Shown here: positions 1 to 13,343 of the stretch, in pieces
Layout: every line of letters starts with the position of its first letter
How positions within the stretch are numbered: position 1 is the stretch's first letter
Source of the DNA: Trichinella spiralis
Taxonomy: Eukaryota
Assembly (NCBI RefSeq): GCF_000181795.1
Contig: NW_003526945.1
Location: 5,431,306-5,475,116, forward strand
Reading direction: 5' to 3'
DNA: 43,811 nt
Made by a program: the position numbers and the translations under genes
The notes under the pieces: model-generated
Databases searched by the model: none
Told to the model about the DNA's origin: nothing
The model's input: only the letters and a program-made list of their open reading frames with translations

Positions 1-3000
1 CAAACCCGACCCGAGTGCAAACAAAATTCAGTTCGCCATTCAGTTGCTTGATGTACCAATCGACCACGTGACTATTCACCGTCACAATAAACAAGATAAT
101 TGAAAATCAAATCCATCGTGAAGAAGAAAAGAAAGAGAAAGAAAAAAAACTATATTTATTTTTTCAAAATTAAACAATGCTAATGTGAATCATAAAAGTT
201 GTCTCGTAAAAAGTTGTCATTTTTATGAAATGAAGTAAAATTTTTTTAAACAGAATATCAATGATATATTCATTTCTCTTTCTACCATTTGAATAGGTAG
301 ACTATTTTGCATTACAAAGACAAACACTGATTGTAAATCAGTGAAAAATCAACAATTATTTGAATAAAAACAACAAATTTACATATATGTATATTATTGT
401 ATAAAATAAATTGAATAGGGAAAATAATATTAAAAAAAAGTAAGCCATTCAAGAATACCTATGACTGTTGTTGATCTATTGAAAAGCGCTCGTTGGAAAA
501 AAAATTCAAAGATTTATATAAGAAAATTCTATTGTATGAATAGGGGAAAAAGTCAATGGATTATATTTTTATTCGTTCTTCAATTTAACAGTGTTTTAAA
601 GGGGTTTTTTTTGTGTTTGTTCGACAATGAAATTATTCAAGAACCTTTTTGAGCTGCTTTGCAGTTTGAAATGACAAAAACTGCTCCAAGTCAAAGCGTA
701 GAATTTTCTAAAAAGTCTTCTCTGTTAAATAGAAGAATTGCACGTTGTGAAAATCCCCCAAGGCAAAAATTTAATGCATCGACAGCATTTTTCAAAGCTT
801 CTGAAATATATTTTTATGCATAAATCACGCCAGGCAAATTTGAAGCAGCAGCAGCAGCTTTGTCACTACACTACTAGCTAGAAAAGGTTCAAAATTTCCC
901 ATATTCTAAAATCAGGGAACCAGAAAGCACAAGTTGACTAAATTCTGATAGCTTAATATCTGATTGAATTAAAATACGCACGCACACACACACACACACT
1001 AATACAATTGCACATTATGCGTCAGCTGATGTTGAGCTTCAGTGAAAAGTTATACGAGATGCTAATAATGCTGCTTAGTCCAATGTTTAGCAAACACTAA
1101 CAGCCTATAAAAGATGTTGCTTCTCAACTGACTTGAAGAGAAATGAATATTTTTATTTTCATTTTTTTGTATTGAAATATCTATTTATCAGTATTTGTCA
1201 CGCAAAAGAAGCCAAGCTAACAAGTCAACAATATTATTCTATAAGAATGAAAGTGATTTCTTTTATAAAAGAAATTAAAAAAACCCCCAAAATATTAACC
1301 GACTAAATCGGATTTGATAACAAAAAAAAGTCACAAATTACAAACAACAAATAAAGTAAACCAGTAGAAAAAATATAAAAGCAATTTTGAGCTCTGAAAA
1401 TGCAAATAAAATTGCAATAATTTATTAAAATAATCTAATTATTAAAAAACTGAAATCAATTAATTAATTAAAATACAAACAAATGAAAGGATATTAAAAT
1501 ATTAAGTTGGAAAAAATTGAACTAATTCAACAATTGCAAATACACTGACTACTTCACCGTGTGGACTTGCTTGCTGTGCTTGAAGTCTATAACAGCGGCT
1601 AGTTGAAGTTCCGGTTCACGCAGGCCGGTTCATTTTCAAAGACTGGAAAGAATCAGTTGTGAATGCAAATACAAATAGCAAAAAGTATGTTTAGGAAAAT
1701 TTTTCTTGTTCTTCTTGGTGTTCAATAGCCAAGAGAAAATTTGAAATTCAAAGTGATTTATGCAAATTATTCGTGGTGACCAATAATATATAAATTTATT
1801 TATTTACTATTCTATAATCTAAATCGAAATGCAATCTTTTTTCGCGGTGGAATTATTTGTTCACTAAAACCAACACACGTTTGGCTATTGGGAATGAAAT
1901 ATGCGCATCAATTTCTACCCAATCATTGGTGGAGGTGAATTATTTTTCTCTTTTTTTTCAAAACGACAAAACAAGCACCAAGTGGAAAATTCAATTTCGA
2001 AAATTTGCTCAAAATTGTAACTCACATGCAGTAATATACAACAACTGCCGCGTTGAAAATCACCTTCCGCTTTGAAACTCGTTCGCTCAACTGATGCGTG
2101 TCGAAAAAAAAAATGCAAAAATGCGAGCAACCCCAGTACAGATTTCCACTCATTGTTGAAATTATTTTCAATTTACATATTTTTATTGAAAATTAATAAT
2201 AAAAAAAAATAATCGAGAAAAAACAAAATACAACATTCAAATTGGTGTAGAAAGAATGATTCGATTTTGAAGAAAAAGAGAAACACTTTTCAACCCACTC
2301 CAAAAATACAACGTGCAATTGAGTGAATTGAAAATTTTTCAAAAATTCCGACCATGTGATCTTTTTCTTTCTTCATTTTTATGCAAAATTACATTCTCTT
2401 AATTTTTACCAACAACCAACGTAAAATGTATGAAAATAACTCATCTACGGACAATTATTTTGCACATATAAAATGGTCAATTTATATGACGTCACAAAAT
2501 CCATCAAATGCATGAACATCACGTTTTTTTTTGAGCTGTTGTTGTTGTTGTTTTTTGTCCAATTGTTATTTTCGACAGGTTGTATTGAATTTGGCAAATA
2601 AAACTGGTGCATTCTGAAACAGCTAATATCATCATCATCATCATCATCAATAAATCTCCTTTCGATACGAATAACAAACAATTAACCCTTTCTGCATGTA
2701 GATTTTTTTTGCTCAGTAGTTGCGCCCAGATGAAGTGAATACACGGTGAGAAATGGCAGTGAAGTTTCAGACAAGAAATGCCAGTGAGGCTAGTTGAGTA
2801 TTTTTATAAATAGCTCTCGGTTGCAAAGCAAAGCAGGTCAAACTAGCTGCACGGTAAGCAAAGACAAAAATTACCACCATCCCTAGCAGCAGCAGCAGCC
2901 ACTTGGAAACTTTACACTTTAAACCCTTGAACGTTGTGCACGGTGGAAGAAAAAAAAAGAATAACCAACCACCTGCCAACAAAGCCATGGCCAAAACATC

Positions 3001-4434
3001 TGCTGGTGAATATGAGTAAAAATAAAAAAAAAAGAAATTTTTTTCTCTCCAACAGATACTACTGAATGCACAACTTATTATTATTGAAGCTTTTCGTTTG
3101 TTTGATGATGCTTTTCCAAAAAGCACGCTCAGACAGTTTCGAGTGAAGTTCTTTTCCCACTATGCAATTATCTACAAGCCCAACCCAAAAGCGAATCATT
3201 CTCGGATACGTCTTCTAGCATTCGTCGTGATATACGGGGAAAAGAAAAACTAGACATTTATCAGTATTGTCGGCACTCAGTTGTATAAATTTATTATCAA
3301 TTATGAATATTCCACTGTAGAACATAATTGTCAATATATTACGACCCAAATAATACATTCGAATCCTATTTCATCTACCATGTAAAATCATCATAAATGT
3401 TGACAATAAAAAGATATCGAAATTCTACTACTGCTATACTAAGACTAATTGCGAAAATGCTTTTGCATTCATTCACGTAGTTTAATTACAAGTTGAACTT
3501 TAATTAATGGACTTTTTTTTAATTTTACATTTACAACAACAGTAAAAGAAAATGAATGTTCACAATCATGTTGCCTGCACTTATTGCACAATATCATATT
3601 TGCAGCTAGCATCATTATTATCATTCTTATTATTATTATGATAGCGCTTTGCTATCAACATTGAAATGTTAATGATGAATAAATTATGGGTCTCGATTTG
3701 ATACAGTCCAATAATAATAAAAAGTTGATTTATGAATGGTAGATTGTTTCTTCGACAAACTCTGATAAGATTGCAATGGGACAAAAAAGTTCTCATCCTC
3801 AGTTTTATCTCTATAGGATCTTGACGTTCTAACCTTGGCCTCATCCACCTTACCAACAGAGGTCGACTGTAGGTTTTCTGGAACTGAGCCAACCTGATCA
3901 AATATTTGACAAGTCGGTTGGCTGATTTTTGCACGTCGATTCGAGCTTGGAAATTTCATTCAACCTGCCCCTCGGATTTCGAAACCAATTCAGGCCAGCA
4001 CCAGATACAGGCAGAGTGATTATGCTTTTAAGCGCAGCGTCCTCGACGCCAATGTCACAAAAACCGACCTCAGCCCACTGTGCAGTTTGACCATCTGCTC
4101 ATCGACGCGACCTGTTCCAAAGGAAAATAGACACACGACCAAAGCAGGAGGACAGAAATTGAGAAAGACGAAATGGAGGGAAAAAAAATAAGCACGCAAT
4201 GCTTCATTGCTCTTTCTCCCGTTTGGCCGGAAATACAAATATCCATGCTTAACAGTGGTCCATACTGAATAATCTCCATCAGCGATCGGTCGACCTCGGC
4301 ATATGGTAAAAACCAGCCAATGCTCATACGGTCAGAAGGTTAATTAGGCGGTTTGTGAGTAAAATGAGAAAAACGCTGACTTTTCCCTATCATCCATCCA
4401 TCTATAAATTATATTATATTCCAACTACTATATA

Positions 4435-4460
4435 TTGTTGTTGTTGTTGTTGTTGTTGTT
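4435..4460. repeat. (TTG)8 microsatellite
   Basis: Read directly from the sequence. Confidence 0.9.
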
Positions 4461-7400
4461 ATTATCACTTTTCTTATCATGTGAACGTTGTGTTAGTCTG
4501 GAAGGGAAACGGCTTGTCTGACAGCGACATTGTCTGTCAGGATAATTTTTCACTGACATAAGGCTCAGTTGCATCTCAATCTGGTGACAAATTCATCATG
4601 AACGAATGAAGTATAGCGAAGAAAAAATGCGAAAGAATGCAAAGAACGTGCCAGCTGGGGTGAGATGAGCATGGACGCCTTGTATATCCTAGTCTCAACC
4701 TTTGCCAAGTGCTGTCACCAGCTGAATTGCTGACGCAGTCAGTGTCTAAAATTTTGATAAAATTGAACAGGCAGACTGACTGACTGGTGAAAACAGCTTA
4801 TAGGAAATGAGAAGAGAAAGTTCAGATGGAATACAGTATAAAAGTTGGCCGCTAGCTTCTCGTCGATCAAGGCCGACGACCTGAACAGTTCGAGGTCAGA
4901 GCAATGTTGACCTACTTATCTGCCTCCATGGAGACGCACGACACAAGCCTAGCAATGTAGCTGTCAAGAACGCCGGTTGAGCTTATCAACAAGCAAATAA
5001 TAGATCCATCCATGTCAAGCGGATCGTGACAATCTGTCACAGCGGCCGGCAGGTGGACGCTAGGCGACCAAAGCATGACAACAATGCGACGCCCACACCT
5101 GGACGGCGCCAAATCCTGACGCCAGTTTCAAGTCGGATCAATACCGAACGTCCGTCGTCCACTGCCCACCCTCCGATGCCTTAACCGAACGAAAAAGCCA
5201 ATGCAATTTGCTTCACAATTGTGCATTTTCCAAATTTCTATTCATAAGGCTAGACAGATAGATAGACAAACAGACAGACTGACTGACTTATGTGCCGCGG
5301 ATGGATAATGTTGAAAATGAACCGTTACCGTACAAAAGGCAGAGACAACAAAAGTGCAATGGATAAAAAAGGGTGTGGGAAATATTTCATAACAATAAAG
5401 AATACAATAAAAAAAATTCTTACCTGAAGTGGAAGAATAAGAAGAAGAAGAAGAAGACAAAGTAGAAGCAGAAGCAGAAACAGAGGGAATATTTGAATAT
5501 TGTTAAGACGATGGCGAGGATAATGGTGTTGTCGTCGTCGTTTTTTCCTTTTCAAAAAAGAGAGTCGAACACGGCCAGCCCGAGGCGCTGGTGTGAGCGG
5601 ACCAACGTCGCTGCATCTCAACTATGCCGAGAATGACGGCCCGGCACGACGACCACGCTGCTGTTTCGGATGCCGAACGCTGTTTGCGCGCGTTATTAAA
5701 AAGCGCACACGGACCGGTTGCCAATTGAGCTCCGGCGACCTGCTCATCTTCCAAAGCCGATTGGTCAACGTCTCGTCGATCGCAGCGACGTCTGTCGATC
5801 GACCGCACCGCCCTCTGGCGATTGGCAACGGAAAACGACCCCGGTCCAGCGGAGAACCTCGACCGTGCAGTGGTTTTGTAGAATAACTGCGACGGTCAAC
5901 TTGGACATCAACAGCGCAAAATCGAACACCATCGCATGCAAATTTTACAGTCTGTGCGTGTGCGTGGTGAAAAATTCTTCTTTTTTTTTCTTTGTAATAT
6001 GAAATAATTTGCATATATATATATATTTTTTTTGGAGGAGGGAGGAAATAAAAAGAACAATTCAAACTAATCAATTTCACTGAAACGAATGCAAAATTTC
6101 CATTACTGTAATAGCATCGAGTAGAAAAAAAATGAACTCTGTAAAAGTGTAGACGAGGGTTGCAAATTGTCGCAGACTAAAAATATCGTCGAAAATCATT
6201 TCATGACTACACCGAAGATGATTTTGTAAATCTTGAAACCGGTTTTGCCACAATTTTCCCGCTCTTCCAAGTAAAAACTTCCAATCGAACAGTGCAAATC
6301 GACCAAAGTGCGTGCAGTCGATCTCCTCCGTCTTCAGCCAACTGCACCAGGACGTCCGTCGTAGGCAAAGGCGGCGATGTATTATGCAAATTTTTCATTA
6401 TGGGGATTTTTTCGATTTAAATCATCGTGTTGCACTACGACGACCAACTACAACAGCAAATGACACCGCTTCTTTTATCAGGTAAGCATTTATTCAGTTG
6501 TTCATTTCGATGTTCGTTAATTCATGCCGGATTGGTTTCAATTTTCAATAATAATTTAATTAAAATAATAAGAATATTTTCAATGGTATTTTCGAAAGTA
6601 ATAGAATTTTGAACAATTTATCCATTGAACATTTTTGGTACAGTAATAACGCGAAACTGTGTAATTTACATTTTCTCAAATCTGTTCAACAACCAAGACA
6701 AATTGGCTAATTCATTTGAAATCACTTTTACAATTGTTGGTGAAAATAGCTTCAATTCTATTCATTCTTTTGTCACATTGAGTATTCACAAACGATACAA
6801 ATGAATTTTTAATTTTTTTTCAATCTCTTCTTCTGTTTTCTGAGGCAATTTTGCATTTCTTTTTTTCTTTTTTGAACATTCGACATATTATTCTTACAAA
6901 ACAGCAAATATGCAAATAATTTTTCTCATCTATGCAAATGTGCACGTAAATGAATAATAATATTCGAATGCGAAAAAATCAATCCCATTGCACAGATGGA
7001 ACGCGTAAAAAAAAAGTAACAAGTTGTTGTTGTTGTTGTTCTTCTACGGTGAAATATCGATTTCCAGTGGTAATTTATGATAAATACAAATCCACTTTGC
7101 GTTGAATAGAAAAGAAAACAAATTTCTTTCATTTGCAACATTCAAATTGTCGACGTTTGTTTGTACGTGGAAATCGTGACAGTAATCGGATCCGATTAAC
7201 ATTCGTAATAAAACCGGAAATTTTGACAAAACTAAAAAGGGGAAAAATTTGCATAAATGATCTTCCAACAATGCACAGAGGGTGGTTTTGTTTTTTCATT
7301 CGATTTCAACTTTAATACAGTACAGTGTAAGCCGAGCGAATAAAAAAAGTGCCGTTCAAACAGCGGGAACGAAGAACAATCAGCCAATGGGATGAATTTG

Positions 7401-9707
7401 AGGCTTGTTTTTTACTGGAAAATTCGCGAAGCGAGGAAAAATATCAGTACAGTAGGATGAATAGATTGGCGTGGAAATATCCCGCCCGGTTGAATATCAT
7501 CTCTCCATTATAACGTGAATCTGAAAATTGGGTTAGCGGTAAAAGAAATTAACCATCTCAACTTTTGGCTTGTATTGGATCATAAATTTTCCACAAACGT
7601 CGTTGGAAAAATTTTGACCAAAAACTAGAAATTGGGCACATCTGGCCTTCAAAAAGATGTTTTCATATTAAATTGTTGAAAGTGTAAAAATTATGATAGC
7701 TTGATGTGGAAAAGGGAAAGGCGAAATTCGCCTTACAAAAAGGGGATCATGATGATTTTGACGCCGTTTTCACTCACCTGTTCAAATGCCTTCTTCTATT
7801 TGGAAATTATCAGGACCTTGAAGTAATTCTTCTCAAAATTGTTCTTGCCTGCTGTTGGACGACGTCTTTTTTTTTTCTGCTTTATTCTTCGTTGTTGTTG
7901 TTGTGAGCTGAATTGAGGTTGGCAACAACAATTTCAACTGAATACAGAAGTGAATTGTCGAAACGAAGCGTACCTTTGTCAAATCGAACCCTTTGACCAA
8001 TTTCTTCGTATTTTATTCAAATTTATTTTCCATTTTCACCACCACCACCACCACAACAGCAATTTCATTTCAAATTTTTCCTCGCTCCATTCTACATAAT
8101 TGACCATATTTTTCTTTTTTTTTTGTATTCATTTTTTTTAAACTTTTGAAATATGAAACTAATTCCAATTGTTTAATAATTTCACTTTCAACTTAACCCA
8201 CCAGTGGTCGTTTAGTTATTTGTTACACGACTTGAAGAGATATTTGTCGTCATAATTCGCTACTTTTTCTCTCATCAAATATCAAATGACCTACTGAATC
8301 AATTTTTTGAAACATTCAAATAATTAAATCATAAATAGTTAATTTTAATCAAATGAAAAAATTTTTTCTCTCCTTCTCTTTTTGTCTTTTTCATTCGTCC
8401 AAAATGACACTTTGAGAGAGATAATTTTCTTCACAACACGACGGACGGGTCAGTTCCAGCTTTTTTCCACAGACAAATTAAAAACCAGAACCACGTTGCT
8501 ATCTATGCAAAATTTTTCAAGTAACTAACCAACCAGTTGAAAGATTTTTTGTTGTTGTTAATTTGAATTTTTATCATCACCTTCGACAAAACTAGCCACT
8601 GTTGCAAAAAGATTCAAAAGTGGTGAATTGGTCGCCTGGTTGTGTGATGGCTTTAAAAAAAAATCAATGCAATTAAAATTATGCTGTTGCTGTTGCTAAA
8701 TTTGGGAAAATTTCTTTTTCACGCAAGATGATGATGCCGTTGTTGTTGTTGTTGTATAAAATTGTTCTACTCTTCTTCCATCGTGTAAAGCACATACACA
8801 CAGAGAGAAAGAACAGATTGTGGAAGCGTTGTTGGCCTAGAAATAATAGCTACTACTATTTTTGTATTTTGCTTTTCAAAATGTTTCACTGTATATTGGG
8901 AAAGTTTTATATATTTGGAAATTTTAAATAAACAAAAAATTGCAAATTGTTCAATTCTCACCATTCATCGTTGCAAAATTTTCCATTCACAAATGATACC
9001 ATTATGGTTGGATTTTAATGAGCACAAAAAGAACTCCAATAATGGGAAAATTTCCGTTTGACCAGTGTTGGAAATAATGAACGGCGGCAATTAGAAATGG
9101 AAAATAACGACGGCACGCTTTTCGACAACAACCATCTTTGCCATTTCTACTACCGTATGTACTTTCTTTCGCTAGCGGTCGTTTGAATTGTTGTCATGTC
9201 GATCACTTGGATATTTGACTTGAAGAAAAAAAAATCAATGCATTCCAATTTTCACATGCTTATTGTCACGTCACTGTGCTGTTTCAGATAACACGAAACA
9301 AGCTGAAATATTATATCCTATTAGTGATTCGATGGTCACTTCCGAGATGATGATTATTCCATTGAAAACAAGCACCATTTTTTTCAAAAAAAAAATATAT
9401 CTTTTGATTTAAATTATTATTTTCATTTGAAAATTTGCTTTTCACTTTTACATTTTTCTACAACTTTCCACCACTACTTCTACTTGTTGTTAATTGGATA
9501 CTTTATTTTATTTCTTTGCCGTATTTCAAAAACAACTGTTTTGATTTTTTTTCTTCTGCTTTGCTTTGTGGTTGGTTCTCAATTAACGACGTCATTCACC
9601 ATTCGATCAGCGTGCAATGCATGAGAATGGGTTTGATTTGTTGTTGCAGTTGCACAATTTTGTCACAGAAAAACGACAAGCAAATTTCAATGACAAACTC
9701 AAATCTT

Positions 9708-9738
<31 letters not shown>
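9708..9738. repeat. Compound (TC)n(TG)n microsatellite
   Basis: Read directly from the sequence. Confidence 0.9.
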
Positions 9739-12700
9739 CCAGACGACGTGAGACGTCACAATTCTTCTTCTTTTTTTTCTTATTATTAACAAGAATTGTT
9801 GGAAACTTTTGCTGAAAAATATTCCAACCAAGCAACACAAACAAACAAGCAAGCAAGCAAAATTTCCACTTTGATTCCATTTTTCAATAAATAACTCTAA
9901 ACTTGTGCAATATTACCTAAACCATATTCATATTTTCCCTCTGGATGTTTGTGTGTATTGCAGAAAATAATCGTTTCACACTATTTTGCATGCTAATTTT
10001 TCCCAATTTATAAAAAAATAAACAATGCGTGTGGCAATTGAAATATAACAACTTATTGAATGAATGAATTGCGAAAGAGATGGAATTTCTATTGCATGTT
10101 TGCAAAAAAAATACCAATTTCCCATACTTTGAACAATACCCAAATATATAGAAGATTGAAACTGTGCATGTACAAAACTTATTTTTGGAAATAATCTACT
10201 TTTCTTTTTACATTTTATGAATAGAATTTATAAAAAAAAATTTTAATATGCAATAATAGAAAAATTGCATCTCATCATCTGCAACTTTTGTCAAAGTTTC
10301 ATCTTGTAACAGTTTCTTGTTTGTTTGAAAATATGAGAAAAAAACCATTTTCACACTTCAGTGCAACATCAATTTCATATCAGTACGTTCCGAGTAGGTG
10401 GACATTTCAACAGTTGATACAAACGATGAAACAGGAGGAGAAATTTAAAAATAATTTGCATATTGCACGGAGAATTCCACCACTATCATTTGTTTATTAT
10501 TCATAATATATAGCAAAATTCGAATGGTTGACTGTTTGTTCATTCAATTTAAATTTACATTATTTATACATTTTCATTTGCAATGACGAAAATATTTCAA
10601 AATATGAAAAATATCTATTTTTGATTGCAAATAGAATTGTAAAATTGATCAAATGAAACAATAATCAAATTTATATTATTTCAATAGACAACAAAATTGA
10701 ATTTCTTCACTTCTTCCACATTATCACTTTTCAATTATTATCCACTAAATTTTCAAAAATTTCACATATTTTACATCACGCACAAAATTCATTCATTGAC
10801 ACATAACAACAAGCAGTATATTTGACATGTTCAATTGACTGGAGATATTTGCATAGCACAATGTCAAATTTTGAATTTTTTAAATATAACAGTGCAATAT
10901 GCAGTGCATGGCATTTATTTTTGAATAGCATAGAAATTTTTGTCGTTGTTGTTGTTGTATGAATTTTTTAAATTGACTTTCAATTCATCTGTAAAATTTG
11001 ATGATAACATTATTGGACTTTTATCTGGGTAATGATACACTGCCGTTGGATGATTTATTATTGCCAAGTATCTACTTTTATCATTGATGCCCGATGGCAG
11101 TTGGGGCAAAAGTCTGGCTTTGGCCTTTGACAAGGGTGAATATGTTTCCGCGTTTGCGGTAATTGGAGAAAGCGAGCAACAGTATGCAAAGTTTTCCTCT
11201 ATTTTCGAGGTCTGCTATTCCTTATTATTCCCTGTGCAAAGCCTATTTATGTCAGCAACAGTGAATGGCCTAACCTTGGCCTCGGCCGACACCCGCAGCG
11301 CCAGTCATGTTCCATTGAAGCTGAAGCCCCCCTTGCACTGAGAACGTATCTGTCTCCTGTGGCAATCATACTTGTCATTTTAATCAGCTACAATATAACC
11401 GACAGGAGATACCAGGTGAATGTCCACCATCATATTCATCAACTTCTTGCAACAGACAAACACTATTTGATTTATTCAAACTTGATTTATGCATTATGCA
11501 AATTAGCATCCATTTTCCAACTGTAATACATTTGACATTTTCGTTTCATGGTACACAATGCGATTGAGCATCAGTTTGCTTGCTATAAAAAATTGAGCAT
11601 TTCAAAAAAATAGCGTTTTTTTAAATATGAAAGATAAAAAAAGACAATTTTTATGCAACTTCTGTCGACAACAGTGGTGACAGTTTTTTTTTGTTTTGAA
11701 ATCGACGACCACCGCAATTTTCAATTGGCATGTTAAAATTAGCTGACCTTTTGGTAACAGATTTTTTTTAGCTGCATTTCAATTATTTTTCTTTTTTAAT
11801 TTTTCAAATGACATAAAAAGACTAAAATTGACACATGAACAGTTTATAGAGTTTATTTTTTCAACGAAAAAACAGTTTGAATCAAAATTCGAATAATATG
11901 CAAATGAACAATGGATTTTTAGTTGAAAGTTGTATGTCAGTTGAAATGGTATTGATGCACTTGAAGTGCAGCAGCCTGAAGTTGCAAAAGTCAAATTTAT
12001 TTATTAAGAACGTTCCGATTTAATGGACAGTTGTGACATCTATTTTATTTTCCATTTTTCTGTTTGGTTAATTAAAATTCTCCTAGTGATGATGTTGTTT
12101 AAACTAATATTTGAAATTATAATTCAGCAAAGCAATTGATGATTTGACTGAAAAATGTATTGATTTTAGCAAAATCTGCCACTTTATGGGAAAATTATTA
12201 TCTTGCTAATGTGAATGAAGTACAGTGAAAAGGAGAATGTTGTTTAGGTTGACGGAAAAGTTTTTGTTGTTGCAATGTTGAAAATTATAAAAATGATTCC
12301 AATTTTAATATGCAATTCTATTGAACATCACTGAAAAATGCTCACTTGTTGATGAAGGGAATTGTGATTGATAATTTTCACAGTCGGTACAATTATTTAT
12401 TATTCATCTGAGAATATAAAAAAAACGGATATTTTCTCTTAATGAAATTACATTTCTTCTTCATATGTTCTTTTTTGGGGGAAAATTTTACTCACGTATA
12501 AAAAAAAATATCCGAATGAATAATCGAATTTGTAATCGTTTTCGCAATAATGGCAAGATTGCATGCTTGCAAAGGTGAACTGTGATACTAACTCAATTTA
12601 GCATATGAAAATTGTCCAATTGATTTTCAATTTAATTTTCAACTCGCGCTTCTGCAACTGTTTCGATGATATTCTTGTTTTGCAATTGAAAATTGAAACG

Positions 12701-12765
12701 TTATTATTGTTATCATTATTATTATTATTATTGTTGTTGTTGTTGTTGTTGTGGTGGTGATGATG
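12701..12765. repeat. Compound trinucleotide microsatellite (TTA)n-(TTG)n-(TGG)n-(TGA)n
   Basis: Read directly; each unit differs from the previous one by a single base. Confidence 0.85.
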
Positions 12766-13312
12766 CAGGGAATTTTGAAAATTTCAAAAATTTAAACTTC
12801 AAAATTTTTCAAGCAAAGAAGCTTTCCAAAAGTTGGCACTTTGTGTCTGTCTGTTAAATGCGATTTGTCAAAAAATTCTCCAATGCTTTTGCACTTGCTT
12901 ACGTTTGCTGTTCATTTTATTCAAACTTCACTTACAGATTGCAAAAATTTTCCATAAATTTTCAACTACATCTTTATTATAGAATTTATTATCAGTAATG
13001 CTAAGAGAAATATTGGCGGAAAAATTAATCCGATTTAATAATAAAGCGACAATTTTTATCACTGCATAAAAGTCAACTTGCTACAAATGGTCCGATAAAA
13101 CAGTTTTTTTTACTTTGATAATATTATTGGAGCATTTTTTTGTTGAATTGTTTAATTTTCCTTTCAATTTGAGAAGCAATCAAAAAATTCCATCTCTGCT
13201 TATTTGAAAATCAGTACGTTGAACATGAGATACAGATGCAAATTTTTCCCAACACAATAAATATCATTGAATGATTCGAACTATCAAACGATGTTTCCAA
13301 TTTCAATGTTCC

Positions 13313-13342
<30 letters not shown>
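13313..13342. repeat. (AAT)10 microsatellite
   Basis: Read directly from the sequence. Confidence 0.9.

Positions 13343-13343
<1 letters not shown>

Noticed and set aside
2..103. Open + frame KPDPSANKIQFAIQLLDVPIDHVTIHRHNKQDN* at the window edge, possibly the end of an upstream gene
   Set aside because: Too short and unrecognisable to support without upstream sequence.
1545..1630. Possible pre-miRNA hairpin
   Set aside because: Manual pairing gave only short stems with large bulges and no match to a miRNA I know.
3581..4327. Overlapping minus-strand ORFs of 72-117 aa
   Set aside because: No motifs, and I could not build a consistent spliced model.
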